DNA of 63,770 bases, the filler included. It is 5 parts of 5 records of this genome, joined end to end, with 100 filler letters (N's around TTAATTAATTAA, not from the genome) between each part and the next. Parts side by side here need not be neighbours in the genome. Positions count along the whole stretch, not along the records: positions 45,227 to 57,939 come from SRR20825019_779; positions 58,040 to 63,770 come from SRR20825019_809; 3 more parts are not named here. One strand, given 5' to 3'. The number at the start of each line of letters is the position of its first letter. Position 1 is the stretch's first letter. Of this stretch, positions 54,600 through 63,770 are shown piece after piece. The notes under the pieces are model-generated. The model saw only the letters and a program-made list of their open reading frames with translations, ran no database searches and was not told the DNA's origin. Both the position numbers and the translations under genes were made by a program.

Positions 54600-55567
54600 G
54601 AAACCCGCGTCTTTATCCGCTTTATGCAACAATCGTGATTTTCATCCTGGCATATGCGGTCTGCTACATCCAGTTTCCATTCATGCTGTCAACGCGCGTT
54701 GCCGGTAACCTTCTGACGGATAACGCCTATCTCGGCATTGTCGCCGTCGGCATGACGGTTGTGATCCTGTCTGGCGGGATCGACCTTTCTGTTGGCTCGG
54801 TCATTGCTTTCTCGGGTGTTTTCATTGCCGTCATGCTTCGGGATACAGGTTTGCATCCCATGGTGGTTTTCGCACTGCTTCTGGCGCTGACCACAGCCTT
54901 TGGCGCGGCAATGGGCTGGCTGATCTATACCCTCGGAATGCCTGCCTTCATCGTGACGCTGGCCGGTATGTTCCTGGCACGCGGTCTGGCTTACATGCTG
55001 ACCATTGACTCTGTTCCGATTGACAACGCCTTCTTCGAAATGCTGCAGAAGGCCTACTGGCTGATGCCGGGCAAGGGGCGGCTGACACTCATCGGCGTGA
55101 TCATGCTTCTGGCCTTTGTCGTCGGTCATTTCGTGGCGCACAAGACCCGGTTTGGTGCCAGTGTATTCGCCATCGGCGGTGGCGAGCAGGCCGCAAAGCT
55201 GATGGGTGCGAAAGTGGGCCGCACCACGCTCATGATTTACGCTTTTTCCGGCTTCATGGCCGGCCTGTCAGGCATTGTCTTTGCAATCTACACAGGCTCC
55301 GGCTATCCGCTGGCGACCGTTGGTACTGAACTGACGGCGATTGCCACGGTTGTGATTGGCGGTACGCTTCTGACCGGCGGTGCGGGCTATGTTTTCGGCA
55401 CTTTGTTCGGCGTTTTGACGATGGGTCTCATCCAGACATATATCGTTTTTGACGGGACACTTTCGAGTTGGTGGACAAAGATGGCGATTGGCATTCTGCT
55501 TCTGCTGTTTATCCTGCTCCAGAAGGGTTTGCTGAAACTGACCACGGCACGCACTGCGGCAACCTGA
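54596..55567 (+). CDS. yjfF: Sugar ABC transporter permease
   Basis: DNAYLG, GGIDLSVGS, VVIGGTLLTGG, LSSWWTK. Confidence 0.88.
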   Translation: MRNPRLYPLYATIVIFILAYAVCYIQFPFMLSTRVAGNLLTDNAYLGIVAVGMTVVILSGGIDLSVGSVIAFSGVFIAVMLRDTGLHPMVVFALLLALTTAFGAAMGWLIYTLGMPAFIVTLAGMFLARGLAYMLTIDSVPIDNAFFEMLQKAYWLMPGKGRLTLIGVIMLLAFVVGHFVAHKTRFGASVFAIGGGEQAAKLMGAKVGRTTLMIYAFSGFMAGLSGIVFAIYTGSGYPLATVGTELTAIATVVIGGTLLTGGAGYVFGTLFGVLTMGLIQTYIVFDGTLSSWWTKMAIGILLLLFILLQKGLLKLTTARTAAT

Positions 55568-55651
55568 TCAAATCAAGAGCTTCCTGCCGCTTTTTTGAAG
55601 ACGGTGGGCGGCTCGACACAAGAACAAGACTAATTCAAGGTGAGGCACTCC

Positions 55652-57310
55652 ATGTTTTCCATCGGCATTGACTACGGAACCAATTCGGTTCGCGCTCTCG
55701 TTGTCGGCTGCGATGACGGATTCGAATACGGCACGCATGTCTATAATTATCCCAGCGGCGATCAGGGGGTTCTGCTTGATCCGACCGATCCGCTTCTGGC
55801 CCGTCAAAGTGCTGCCGATTATCTCGAAGGGCTGGAAGTCAGCATTCGCGGCGCACTGGCTGAAGCTGCCAGCCACGAGAAGTTCGACGCGTCGAAAGTG
55901 ATCGGTATCGGTGTTGATTCCACCGGCTCCAGCCCGCTGCCGGTGGACGCGCAGAACGGCGCGCTTTCGATGGCTCCGGAGTTTGTCGATAACCTGAACG
56001 CCTATTGCTGGCTGTGGAAAGACCACACCAGTTGGCGTGAAGCTGAAAAGATCACCAAACTCGGCAAGGCCGAGCGGCCGGAATATCTGGCGATGGTCGG
56101 TGATACTTATTCATCGGAGTGGTGGTGGTCAAAAATCTGGCACTGCCTCAATGTTGCGCCGGAAGTCTTTGATGCGGCGGCCTCCTGGGTCGAGCTTGCA
56201 GACTGGATTCCGTCCGTTCTGGCTGGCGTCAAAAAACCGGCAGACGTGAAACGCGGCGTCTGTGCCGCCGGTCACAAGGGTCTTTACAACCCAAAATGGG
56301 GCGGTCTGCCGGACAAGGAATTTCTCGGAAAGCTGGACCCGAAGATCGCAGACCTGAGAGACCGGCTTTACGATGAGGCGCAGGATATTTCTGTTCCTGC
56401 TGGCGAACTTTGCCCGGAATGGGCTGAGAAGCTGGGTCTGCCGAAAGGCATCAAGATCGCAACAGGTGCCTTTGACAACCATCTCGGTTCGATTGGTTGC
56501 GGCATCGAAGAAGGTATGCTGGTCAAGGTTATTGGCACATCGACGTGCGACTGCGCGATTGTTGATCTGTCGAAATCCGATACGATCCCCGGCGTTTGCG
56601 GGATTGTTGAAGGGTCGATCCTGCCGGGCTTCTTCGGCATCGAGGCGGGGCAGTCTGCTGTCGGTGATATCTTCAAATGGTGGGTTGAGCGTGTCTGCGA
56701 GGGTGATGCTGCCCTTCACGGCAAGCTTACTGAAGAAGCCTCGGCTTTAAAGCCAGGCCAGAGCGGCCTGCTGGCTCTCGACTGGAACAATGGCAACCGC
56801 ACGATCCTCGTCGATCAGCGGCTGACTGGTCTGATCATGGGCCAGACGCTTTATACCACGCGGTCGGAAATATATCGGGCACTGGTGGAAGCCACGGCCT
56901 TTGGCGCCCGTGCCATCGTTGAGCGCATGACCGATTACGGCGTGCCGATTGACAAGGTCGTCTGTGCCGGTGGCATTGCCGAAAAGAACCCGATGCTGAT
57001 GCAGATCTATGCTGATGTGATGAACCGCACGATGCTGGTCACCCGTTCAGCCCAGACCTGCGCACTGGGGGCGGCGATCGCCGCGGCTTCGGTGGCCGGA
57101 TCGCACAATAATATTGGTGAAACCACAAAGGCGATGACCGGGTTGAAGGACATTCGCTATGAGCCAAATCCGGAGAACGTGAAGGTTTATGAGGAACTCT
57201 ACGGTCTTTACCTGACACTGCATGATGGCTTCGGTGGTATTACCCGCGATGCCGACCTGTCGCGTGTAATGAAAGATCTGATTGATATTCGCGAAGCCGT
57301 TCTGCGCTGA
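55652..57310 (+). CDS. araB: L-ribulokinase
   Basis: FGGY kinase motifs [53 protein letters not shown]. Confidence 0.92.
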   Translation: MFSIGIDYGTNSVRALVVGCDDGFEYGTHVYNYPSGDQGVLLDPTDPLLARQSAADYLEGLEVSIRGALAEAASHEKFDASKVIGIGVDSTGSSPLPVDAQNGALSMAPEFVDNLNAYCWLWKDHTSWREAEKITKLGKAERPEYLAMVGDTYSSEWWWSKIWHCLNVAPEVFDAAASWVELADWIPSVLAGVKKPADVKRGVCAAGHKGLYNPKWGGLPDKEFLGKLDPKIADLRDRLYDEAQDISVPAGELCPEWAEKLGLPKGIKIATGAFDNHLGSIGCGIEEGMLVKVIGTSTCDCAIVDLSKSDTIPGVCGIVEGSILPGFFGIEAGQSAVGDIFKWWVERVCEGDAALHGKLTEEASALKPGQSGLLALDWNNGNRTILVDQRLTGLIMGQTLYTTRSEIYRALVEATAFGARAIVERMTDYGVPIDKVVCAGGIAEKNPMLMQIYADVMNRTMLVTRSAQTCALGAAIAAASVAGSHNNIGETTKAMTGLKDIRYEPNPENVKVYEELYGLYLTLHDGFGGITRDADLSRVMKDLIDIREAVLR

Positions 57311-57414
57311 AAAAGGCCGGCTTTGAAAGACCTGATGCGGGCGGCGTGGATCATGTCCTGTCGGCTGGCCGCTTCGGGCATGACATTAACGATTTGCCTG
57401 GAAGGATCAAAAAC

Positions 57415-57939
57415 ATGATTGGCCTGAAGCCTCTTAAAATCTGGTTTGTCTGCGGTTCGCAGCATCTTTATGGCCCCGAAGCGCTGGCGGAAGTCGATGC
57501 GCAGTTCCGCGCCATCTCCGATGCTCTGTCCAGGGAAGGCGGCTTTCCTCTGGAAATCGTGCCGCAGCCGGTGGTCAAAAGCCCGTCAGAAGCAACAGAG
57601 CTTTGCGTACGTGCCAACTCCGATCCTGAATGCGGTGGCCTGATCCTTTGGATGCACACATTTTCGCCGTCGAAAATGTGGATCCGTGGACTGTCGCAAC
57701 TGGCCAAGCCGTTCCTGCACCTGCACACACAGTATGCCCGCGAATTGCCGTGGGACAGCATCGATATGGACTACATGAACCTCAACCAGTCCGCCCATGG
57801 CGACCGTGAGGCGGGGTTCATCCACACGCGCCTGCGCCTTGGCCGCAAGGTTGTTTCCGGTCACTGGACAGATAAGGATGTTCACGCACGGATTGACGCA
57901 TGGATGCGTGCGGCCCGCGCCTGGGATGACTGGCAGGGC
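57415..57939 (+). CDS. araA: L-arabinose isomerase (3' truncated)
   Basis: [34 protein letters not shown]. Confidence 0.93.
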
Positions 57940-58039
57940 NNNNNNNNNNNNNNNNNNNNNNNNNNNNNNNNNNNNNNNNNNNNTTAATTAATTAANNNNN
58001 NNNNNNNNNNNNNNNNNNNNNNNNNNNNNNNNNNNNNNN
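57940..58039. other. Artificial contig linker
   Basis: N-run + TTAATTAATTAA + N-run. Confidence 0.98.
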
Positions 58040-58101
58040 TTTTAACTAACTAATTAAGACGATAAACAAACTCGGACTCAAAACCTTTGATTATTATTGA
58101 A

Positions 58102-59358
58102 TTAATGTCCGTGTTCCAGTTCGCCCTTAACCATTTCCGAAGACAGGTTATAAGCTCCGTTTATGACCACTTTGGCATCCTTTGAAACTTCAGCAGGAAG
58201 ATTGACTTCAACAAAACCTAAATCGGTAATACCAACCGTTACGGGTATCATTTTGAATTTCATTTTGTCAGATTCCATTTCCTCATCTTCATCCAAAATG
58301 AAAATGAAGGATTGCTCGCCTTCCTTTATAATGGCGGCTTCCGGTACGGCAAAACCCTTTTTATCGCCCTGCACTATGCGCCCTTCCACATACATACCTG
58401 GCAAAAGGTTTTTATCCTTGTTTTCTATATCTGCAAGAACTTCCAAAGCTTTTGGGTCAGACTCGAAAGTTTTGCCTACAGACCGAACGGTGGCCTTAAG
58501 CAGTTCATCTGGGCGAGAGGCCGTGGAAAAATATATCTGTTGCCCTTGCTTGATTTGCTTTATGTCCTTTTCATATACTTTGAAGTTGACATAAATTTTT
58601 GAATTATCGCTTATTGAGAACATTTTGGATTGTTGTGCCACGTAATCGCCAAGGCTAATCATTACTTCATCCACGTAACCACTTATGGGCGTGGTAATGG
58701 GAACAGCGGGATATATTTGGCCTTCCGCCACTTTGTCTGGGTTAATTCCCAACAGTCTCAATTGGGACCGCAAACCATTGACGCTGGATGTTGTAGAACG
58801 AAATTTTGACTGTGCCATCTGAAATTCCTTACCAGAAGAAACGCCTTTATCATAAAGGGTCTGCTTACGTTCAAAATCCTGTTTCAAAAACACCAGTTCG
58901 TCATTTTTTTCCTGATAATCCTGTTGCATTGCAATGATATCTGGGTGTTCTATATATGCCAGCACCTGACCTTTGTTTACGTTATCTCCAGGGATGACTT
59001 TTATGGAACTCACATTTCCACCAACAAACGGGCTTATGTTCGCCTTGTCCTGTGGGAAAAGTTCCAGCGTTCCTGTTACCTTAATGTTGTTCCCTAAATT
59101 ACGTTCCTCCAAAGGTTTCATTTCCAAACCAATGGTTTCGGCCTGTTGCTTTGTGAGCTCCACAACACCTTCTTCCTCACTATGACCTTCTTCTTCTCCT
59201 TCATTGTGGCCTTCCTCGCCGTGTGCATCTTCTCCAGCTTCATTGGTTTTTGATACGCCTTCGGCTTCGTTATGCCCAAGTTCAGATTTTGGAGCATCAT
59301 TACAACTCATAAACATAAGTGTAAATAATACGGTGCTTACTAATAATATATTCTTCAT
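58102..59358 (-). CDS. czcB: Heavy-metal RND periplasmic adaptor (CzcB/CusB-like lipoprotein)
   Basis: Lipobox FMS|C, His/Glu-rich N-terminal tract, membrane-fusion-protein core (PISGYV, LLPGMYVEG), C-terminal HGH. Confidence 0.85.
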   Translation of the reverse strand: MKNILLVSTVLFTLMFMSCNDAPKSELGHNEAEGVSKTNEAGEDAHGEEGHNEGEEEGHSEEEGVVELTKQQAETIGLEMKPLEERNLGNNIKVTGTLELFPQDKANISPFVGGNVSSIKVIPGDNVNKGQVLAYIEHPDIIAMQQDYQEKNDELVFLKQDFERKQTLYDKGVSSGKEFQMAQSKFRSTTSSVNGLRSQLRLLGINPDKVAEGQIYPAVPITTPISGYVDEVMISLGDYVAQQSKMFSISDNSKIYVNFKVYEKDIKQIKQGQQIYFSTASRPDELLKATVRSVGKTFESDPKALEVLADIENKDKNLLPGMYVEGRIVQGDKKGFAVPEAAIIKEGEQSFIFILDEDEEMESDKMKFKMIPVTVGITDLGFVEVNLPAEVSKDAKVVINGAYNLSSEMVKGELEHGH

Positions 59359-59374
59359 TTTTCTTTTTTTAAGG

Positions 59375-62300
59375 TTATAAATTGCCCAATTGATATTGCA
59401 TATCAATGGTCTGCTGGTTAAACTGATTGATGTACTGTAAATGATTTTGTTTTATCCTGATGGCACTGTTGAGAATCGTGATGTAATTGACATAATCTAT
59501 TTCGCCTTCCTTGGATGCCAATTGCGCTGTGGTAATTTGTTGTTCTGCCAACAATAGTGCGCCTTCTTCGTAATATTGCAAAATCTTCTTTGTCTTTTCA
59601 AGAGATTTGGCCAACTGCGACACGCGACTTTCTGTAACCGCCTTTTGCTCCAAATACTGATTCTCTGCTACCATTGCGTCTGCCTTGGCTGCCTTTACCC
59701 TTGACTTCTGGGGAAAAAACCACAACGGAATACTAATACCTGCCTGATAGGTGTTGAAGCCTGACACTTCATCTACTACTTGTCTTCCATAGGAAAAACT
59801 GAATTTCGGTAGGAATTGTGATTTCTCAACACCCACGTTTGCTTTACTTACTTCGGCATTTTGTAATGCATATTGCAACATTGGGTTATTGGCCACCGAA
59901 ATGGAATCCAATGTCGCCATAAAATCCAATGTTTTGTATGGTTCACTAATGGTCTCAATGGATTCATCGGTTCCTAAATATTGTTTTAAGGCGCGCTTGG
60001 CAATTTCAATATCATCAAAGGCTTGTTGCCTTAATACTTGAATCTGTTGAAATTCGGAAGAGGCTGAAATAAACTCCAATTTACCTGTTTCTCCCGTATC
60101 ATAGCGAAGTTGGGCAGCGGTCTTAAAATTGGCATAAATACTGTCCAATTGGTCTGCAAAGCGCAACTGTGCCTTATAATAATTAATTTGGTCATACGCC
60201 TGCATCACATTACGCACCAATTGTTGTTCACTGGCCACATAAAACTTTTCTCCCAAGGCAATACGCTCTTTGTAAAACTTCGATTTTGAAAAACCGGAAA
60301 GCAAATCAATGTTGCTCTGTTGTACACCAACGGTTGTCTGCACTCCAGGAAGATTATTTCCATATTCTTCTTTGCCCGTGAAAACTTGAGTGCTACCAAG
60401 GTCAAAACTCGTTCCCTTTAGTGCCTTTTCCCGTTCAATAAATGCTTGGCTTTCTTTAAGTGATGGATAATTCTGTTTAGCCACAGCAATGGCCTCATCA
60501 ATGGTCAAGGTCTTTGGGATTGTACCATCTTGATTGGTGTCTTGGGCAAATGAAGTACTAGAAGCCATCAAACCTCCAACCATCAAAAATATGGTTATAA
60601 TATTCGTGGATTTGTTGATATAGCTTACATCGCCATCATTTTCTTTCTTTTCTTTTCGTGATTCAAGCCAATAGTATAATACGGGAAGGACTACAAGCGT
60701 TAAAAAAGTAGCTGTAAGCAATCCTCCAATAACAACCGTTGCTAAAGGTCGTTGCACTTCCGCGCCACCAGAGGTAGAAACCGCCATTGGGATAAAGCCC
60801 ATAATGGCTGCGGTTGCCGTCAATAAAATTGGGCGTAAACGCTCGTGGGTGGCTTCGTATATTCTGTCTTTTAAGTTTGTCATTCCACTTTCTTTTAATT
60901 CATTGAATTTGTTTATCAGTACCAATCCGTTTAAAACTGCAACCCCAAAGAGCACGATAAAGCCAACACCTGCGGAAATGCTAAAAGGCATTCCTCTTAT
61001 CCAAAGAGCAAATACGCCACCAATGGCCGCCAAAGGCACTGCCATATAAATCATTACCGATTGTGAGAATGAGCTCAAGGCAAAATAAAGCAATATGAAT
61101 ATTAAGAAAAGTGCAATAGGCACTACAATCATCAATCGGTCAGAAGCACGTTGTAGGTTTTCGAACGAACCTCCGTAGGTTACAAAATAACCAGGTGGCA
61201 ATTTTACTTGTGTTTCCAGTTTTTGCTGTATTTCCTCGACCATCGATTTTACGTCACGGCCACGGACATTGACCCCTACTGAAATACGACGGGAGGTATT
61301 GTCCCTTGAAATTTGCATCGGTCCGGGTTTATAACTGATTTCCGCCACTTCCTTTAATGGTACTTGCGCTCCATTTGGTAAATCGATATAAAGATTTTTA
61401 AGGTTGTTGATGTCTTGTCTAAATTCCTTTGCCAATCGGATAACCACATCGAACCGTTTTTCGCCTTCAAAAATTACACCTGCTTCTTCTCCTGCAAAGG
61501 CGGCACTTACATAATCATTCAATTTATCCACGGTTACACCGTATTGTGCCATTTTTGCGCGATTGTATTCCACCGTCATTTGAGGTAAGCCACTTGTAGC
61601 TTCCACATTGAGGTCAGCCGCTCCGGGTACAGTTCTAATGACCGCAGCGATTTCCTGTACCTTGTCTGCCAAAACGCCCAAATCTTCCCCATATAGTTTA
61701 ATGGCAACATCTTCTCGGACACCCGTCAATAATTCATTAAAACGAAGTTCTACAGGTTGGGTAAACACGAAATTTACGCCTGGAACAACTGAAATTTTTT
61801 CCTGTATTTTTTCGATAAGTTCTTCTTTGCTGTCTGCTGAAGTCCATTTGCTCTTATCTTTTTCAAGAATGATATAACTATCCGCAATGTCCATAGGCAT
61901 TGGGTCGGTTGGGATTTCGGCAACCCCAATTCTTGAAATTACTGTTTTTACTTCTGGAAATTCATTGATTAAATTTTGAAGTTTTTTTGAAGCCTCGATG
62001 GACTCGGTAAGACTGCTACCTGGTTTTATCAACGCTTGAAACGCAATATCGCCCTCATCAAATTTTGGGATAAATTCGCCGCCCATGTTGCTGAAGATAA
62101 ATCCTGCGATTAATAGTAGGGTAACTGCGCCTATAACGACACCAGCCCGAAAACGAAGTGCAAAATTGAGCAACGGTACATATCCTCTATTTAGCCCAGA
62201 CATTATTTTATCACTGAACCTATCAATTTTATTTTCAAACTTGGCAAACCAACCGTTTTGGTTCTTTGCTGGTTTCAAGAACATCGACGAAATCATTGGG

Positions 62301-63770
62301 ACGTAAGTAAGACAAAGGATAATCGCTCCTAAAACGGCAAATCCAAAGGTAAAAGCCATTGGACGGAACATTTTTCCTTCCACACCAGTCAAAAAGAGAA
62401 TCGGTGTAAATACAATAAGGATAATCAATTGTCCGAAAAATGCCGAATTCATCATCGTACTTGCCGATTCGTAGGCTATTTCATCCATTTCGGGCTGACC
62501 TATGGCAGTTGTGGTTTTTTTCATCCGTTGATGGATATGAAAAACCATTCCTTCAACAATGATTACCGCACCATCCACGATGATTCCAAAGTCGATTGCA
62601 CCCAAGGACATTAAATTTGCCCACACCCCAAATTGTTTCATCAAAATAAATGCGAAGAGCAGTGATAATGGGATTACCGAAGCTGTAATCAAACCACCAC
62701 GGAAGCTTCCCAACAATAGCACCAAAACAAAAATCACAATCAGCGAACCTTCAATAAGGTTTTTCTCGACTGTACTTGTGGTTCTTCCTATCAATTCACT
62801 TCGACTTAAAAACGGTGCTATATAAACACCTTCCGGCAAGGATTTTTGTATTTCATCAATACGGTTTTGTACATTTTCTATCACAGTACCAGGGCTTTCG
62901 CCTTTAAGCATCAAAATCTGTCCGCCTACAGATTCGTGACCGTCTTGGGTAAATGCACCATAACGCACTTGGTTTCCGTAACCCACTTTTTCGGCAACGT
63001 CCCTTACCAAGACAGGGCTTCCATTTTGAGTGGTCACAACCGTGTTTTCCAAATCGGCGATACTTCGAGCCAGCCCTTCGCCACGGATAAAATTGGCTTG
63101 GTGGTTTTTTTCAATGTAAGCACCACCGGTATTGGCATTGTTCACTTTAAGAGCTTCAAATACCTGATTCATTGTAATGCCAAAACTTTTTAGTTTATCA
63201 GGATTAATGGCAACTTCGTATTGTTTTACATAACCTCCAAAGGCATTGACCTCGACTACGCCTGGCACTAAAGCCATTTGGCGTTTTACAATCCAATCTT
63301 GGATGGTGCGAAGCTCCATTGCATCATATTTGTCTTCATAGCCTTCTTTTACTTTTAAGGTATATTGAAAAATTTCGCCCAGACCTGTTGTTATGGGAGC
63401 CATAAAAGGTGTGCCAAAACCTTCGGGGATTTCTCCGGCAACTTCGGTTAATTTCTCCTGTACCAATTGCCGTGGCAGATAAGTGCCTGCCTCGTCCTTA
63501 AAAACAATGGTAACCACGGACAGCCCAAAACGGGATACTGAACGCAGCTCGATGACGTCAGGAAGATTGGCCATTGCCAATTCTACGGGATAGGTAACAA
63601 ATTGTTCTATATCTTCTGTCCCCAAGTTTGGGGCCACGGTTATTACCTGTACTTGGTTGTTTGTTATATCGGGTACAGAACCCAAGTTTATAGTGGCCAT
63701 AGACCAAATGCCCGTACCAACAAGTGCCACTATAAATAAGCCAATAATAAATTTATTATTAATGGAAAAT
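59375..63770 (-). CDS. czcA: CzcA/CusA heavy-metal RND pump fused to a C-terminal TolC-like domain (5' truncated)
   Basis: VPDITNNQVQV, AIDFGIIVDGAVIIVE, RLRPILLTA, GAEVQRPLATVVIGG, followed by a ~400-aa outer-membrane-efflux-like extension. AT-rich, Bacteroidota-like. Confidence 0.9.
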   Translation of the reverse strand, partial: FSINNKFIIGLFIVALVGTGIWSMATINLGSVPDITNNQVQVITVAPNLGTEDIEQFVTYPVELAMANLPDVIELRSVSRFGLSVVTIVFKDEAGTYLPRQLVQEKLTEVAGEIPEGFGTPFMAPITTGLGEIFQYTLKVKEGYEDKYDAMELRTIQDWIVKRQMALVPGVVEVNAFGGYVKQYEVAINPDKLKSFGITMNQVFEALKVNNANTGGAYIEKNHQANFIRGEGLARSIADLENTVVTTQNGSPVLVRDVAEKVGYGNQVRYGAFTQDGHESVGGQILMLKGESPGTVIENVQNRIDEIQKSLPEGVYIAPFLSRSELIGRTTSTVEKNLIEGSLIVIFVLVLLLGSFRGGLITASVIPLSLLFAFILMKQFGVWANLMSLGAIDFGIIVDGAVIIVEGMVFHIHQRMKKTTTAIGQPEMDEIAYESASTMMNSAFFGQLIILIVFTPILFLTGVEGKMFRPMAFTFGFAVLGAIILCLTYVPMISSMFLKPAKNQNGWFAKFENKIDRFSDKIMSGLNRGYVPLLNFALRFRAGVVIGAVTLLLIAGFIFSNMGGEFIPKFDEGDIAFQALIKPGSSLTESIEASKKLQNLINEFPEVKTVISRIGVAEIPTDPMPMDIADSYIILEKDKSKWTSADSKEELIEKIQEKISVVPGVNFVFTQPVELRFNELLTGVREDVAIKLYGEDLGVLADKVQEIAAVIRTVPGAADLNVEATSGLPQMTVEYNRAKMAQYGVTVDKLNDYVSAAFAGEEAGVIFEGEKRFDVVIRLAKEFRQDINNLKNLYIDLPNGAQVPLKEVAEISYKPGPMQISRDNTSRRISVGVNVRGRDVKSMVEEIQQKLETQVKLPPGYFVTYGGSFENLQRASDRLMIVVPIALFLIFILLYFALSSFSQSVMIYMAVPLAAIGGVFALWIRGMPFSISAGVGFIVLFGVAVLNGLVLINKFNELKESGMTNLKDRIYEATHERLRPILLTATAAIMGFIPMAVSTSGGAEVQRPLATVVIGGLLTATFLTLVVLPVLYYWLESRKEKKENDGDVSYINKSTNIITIFLMVGGLMASSTSFAQDTNQDGTIPKTLTIDEAIAVAKQNYPSLKESQAFIEREKALKGTSFDLGSTQVFTGKEEYGNNLPGVQTTVGVQQSNIDLLSGFSKSKFYKERIALGEKFYVASEQQLVRNVMQAYDQINYYKAQLRFADQLDSIYANFKTAAQLRYDTGETGKLEFISASSEFQQIQVLRQQAFDDIEIAKRALKQYLGTDESIETISEPYKTLDFMATLDSISVANNPMLQYALQNAEVSKANVGVEKSQFLPKFSFSYGRQVVDEVSGFNTYQAGISIPLWFFPQKSRVKAAKADAMVAENQYLEQKAVTESRVSQLAKSLEKTKKILQYYEEGALLLAEQQITTAQLASKEGEIDYVNYITILNSAIRIKQNHLQYINQFNQQTIDMQYQLGNL

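Noticed and set aside
1..63770. CRISPR arrays, tRNA/rRNA genes, anti-phage defence operons
   Set aside because: No regularly spaced repeat-spacer units, cloverleaf or rRNA-like segments, or defence-gene motifs were seen by eye. A covariance-model scan was not run.

Overview
This window is not one replicon. It is five contigs joined by 100-nt N/TTAATTAATTAA/N linkers. (1) 1-13657 is a high-GC alphaproteobacterial cluster for alicyclic alcohol/ketone catabolism (ChnA/B/C-like enzymes, omega-oxidation and CoA-level beta-oxidation genes, IclR and AraC regulators). It is bordered by an IS5 remnant and an H-NS gene. (2) 13758-28570 and (3) 28671-45126 are eukaryotic (protist-like) DNA with short (~50-70 nt) GT-AG introns and very GC-rich islands placed 5' of genes. 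Genes there include a bacterial-type PARG, an internally duplicated membrane protein, mitochondrial RRF, a Kelch + 30-EGF membrane protein, a sedolisin, a polycystin-2-like channel, an aldo-keto reductase, ferrochelatase, a Clu-domain protein and a nucleotide-sugar transporter. (4) 45227-57939 is alphaproteobacterial: a Slam (T11SS) + TbpB-barrel lipoprotein pair inside a sugar locus that carries both an oxidative sugar dehydrogenase and araB/araA with a ytfQRT-yjfF ABC transporter. (5) 58040-63770 is an AT-rich Flavobacteriaceae-like heavy-metal RND efflux pair. All calls come from motif recognition and manual translation; no database searches were run.
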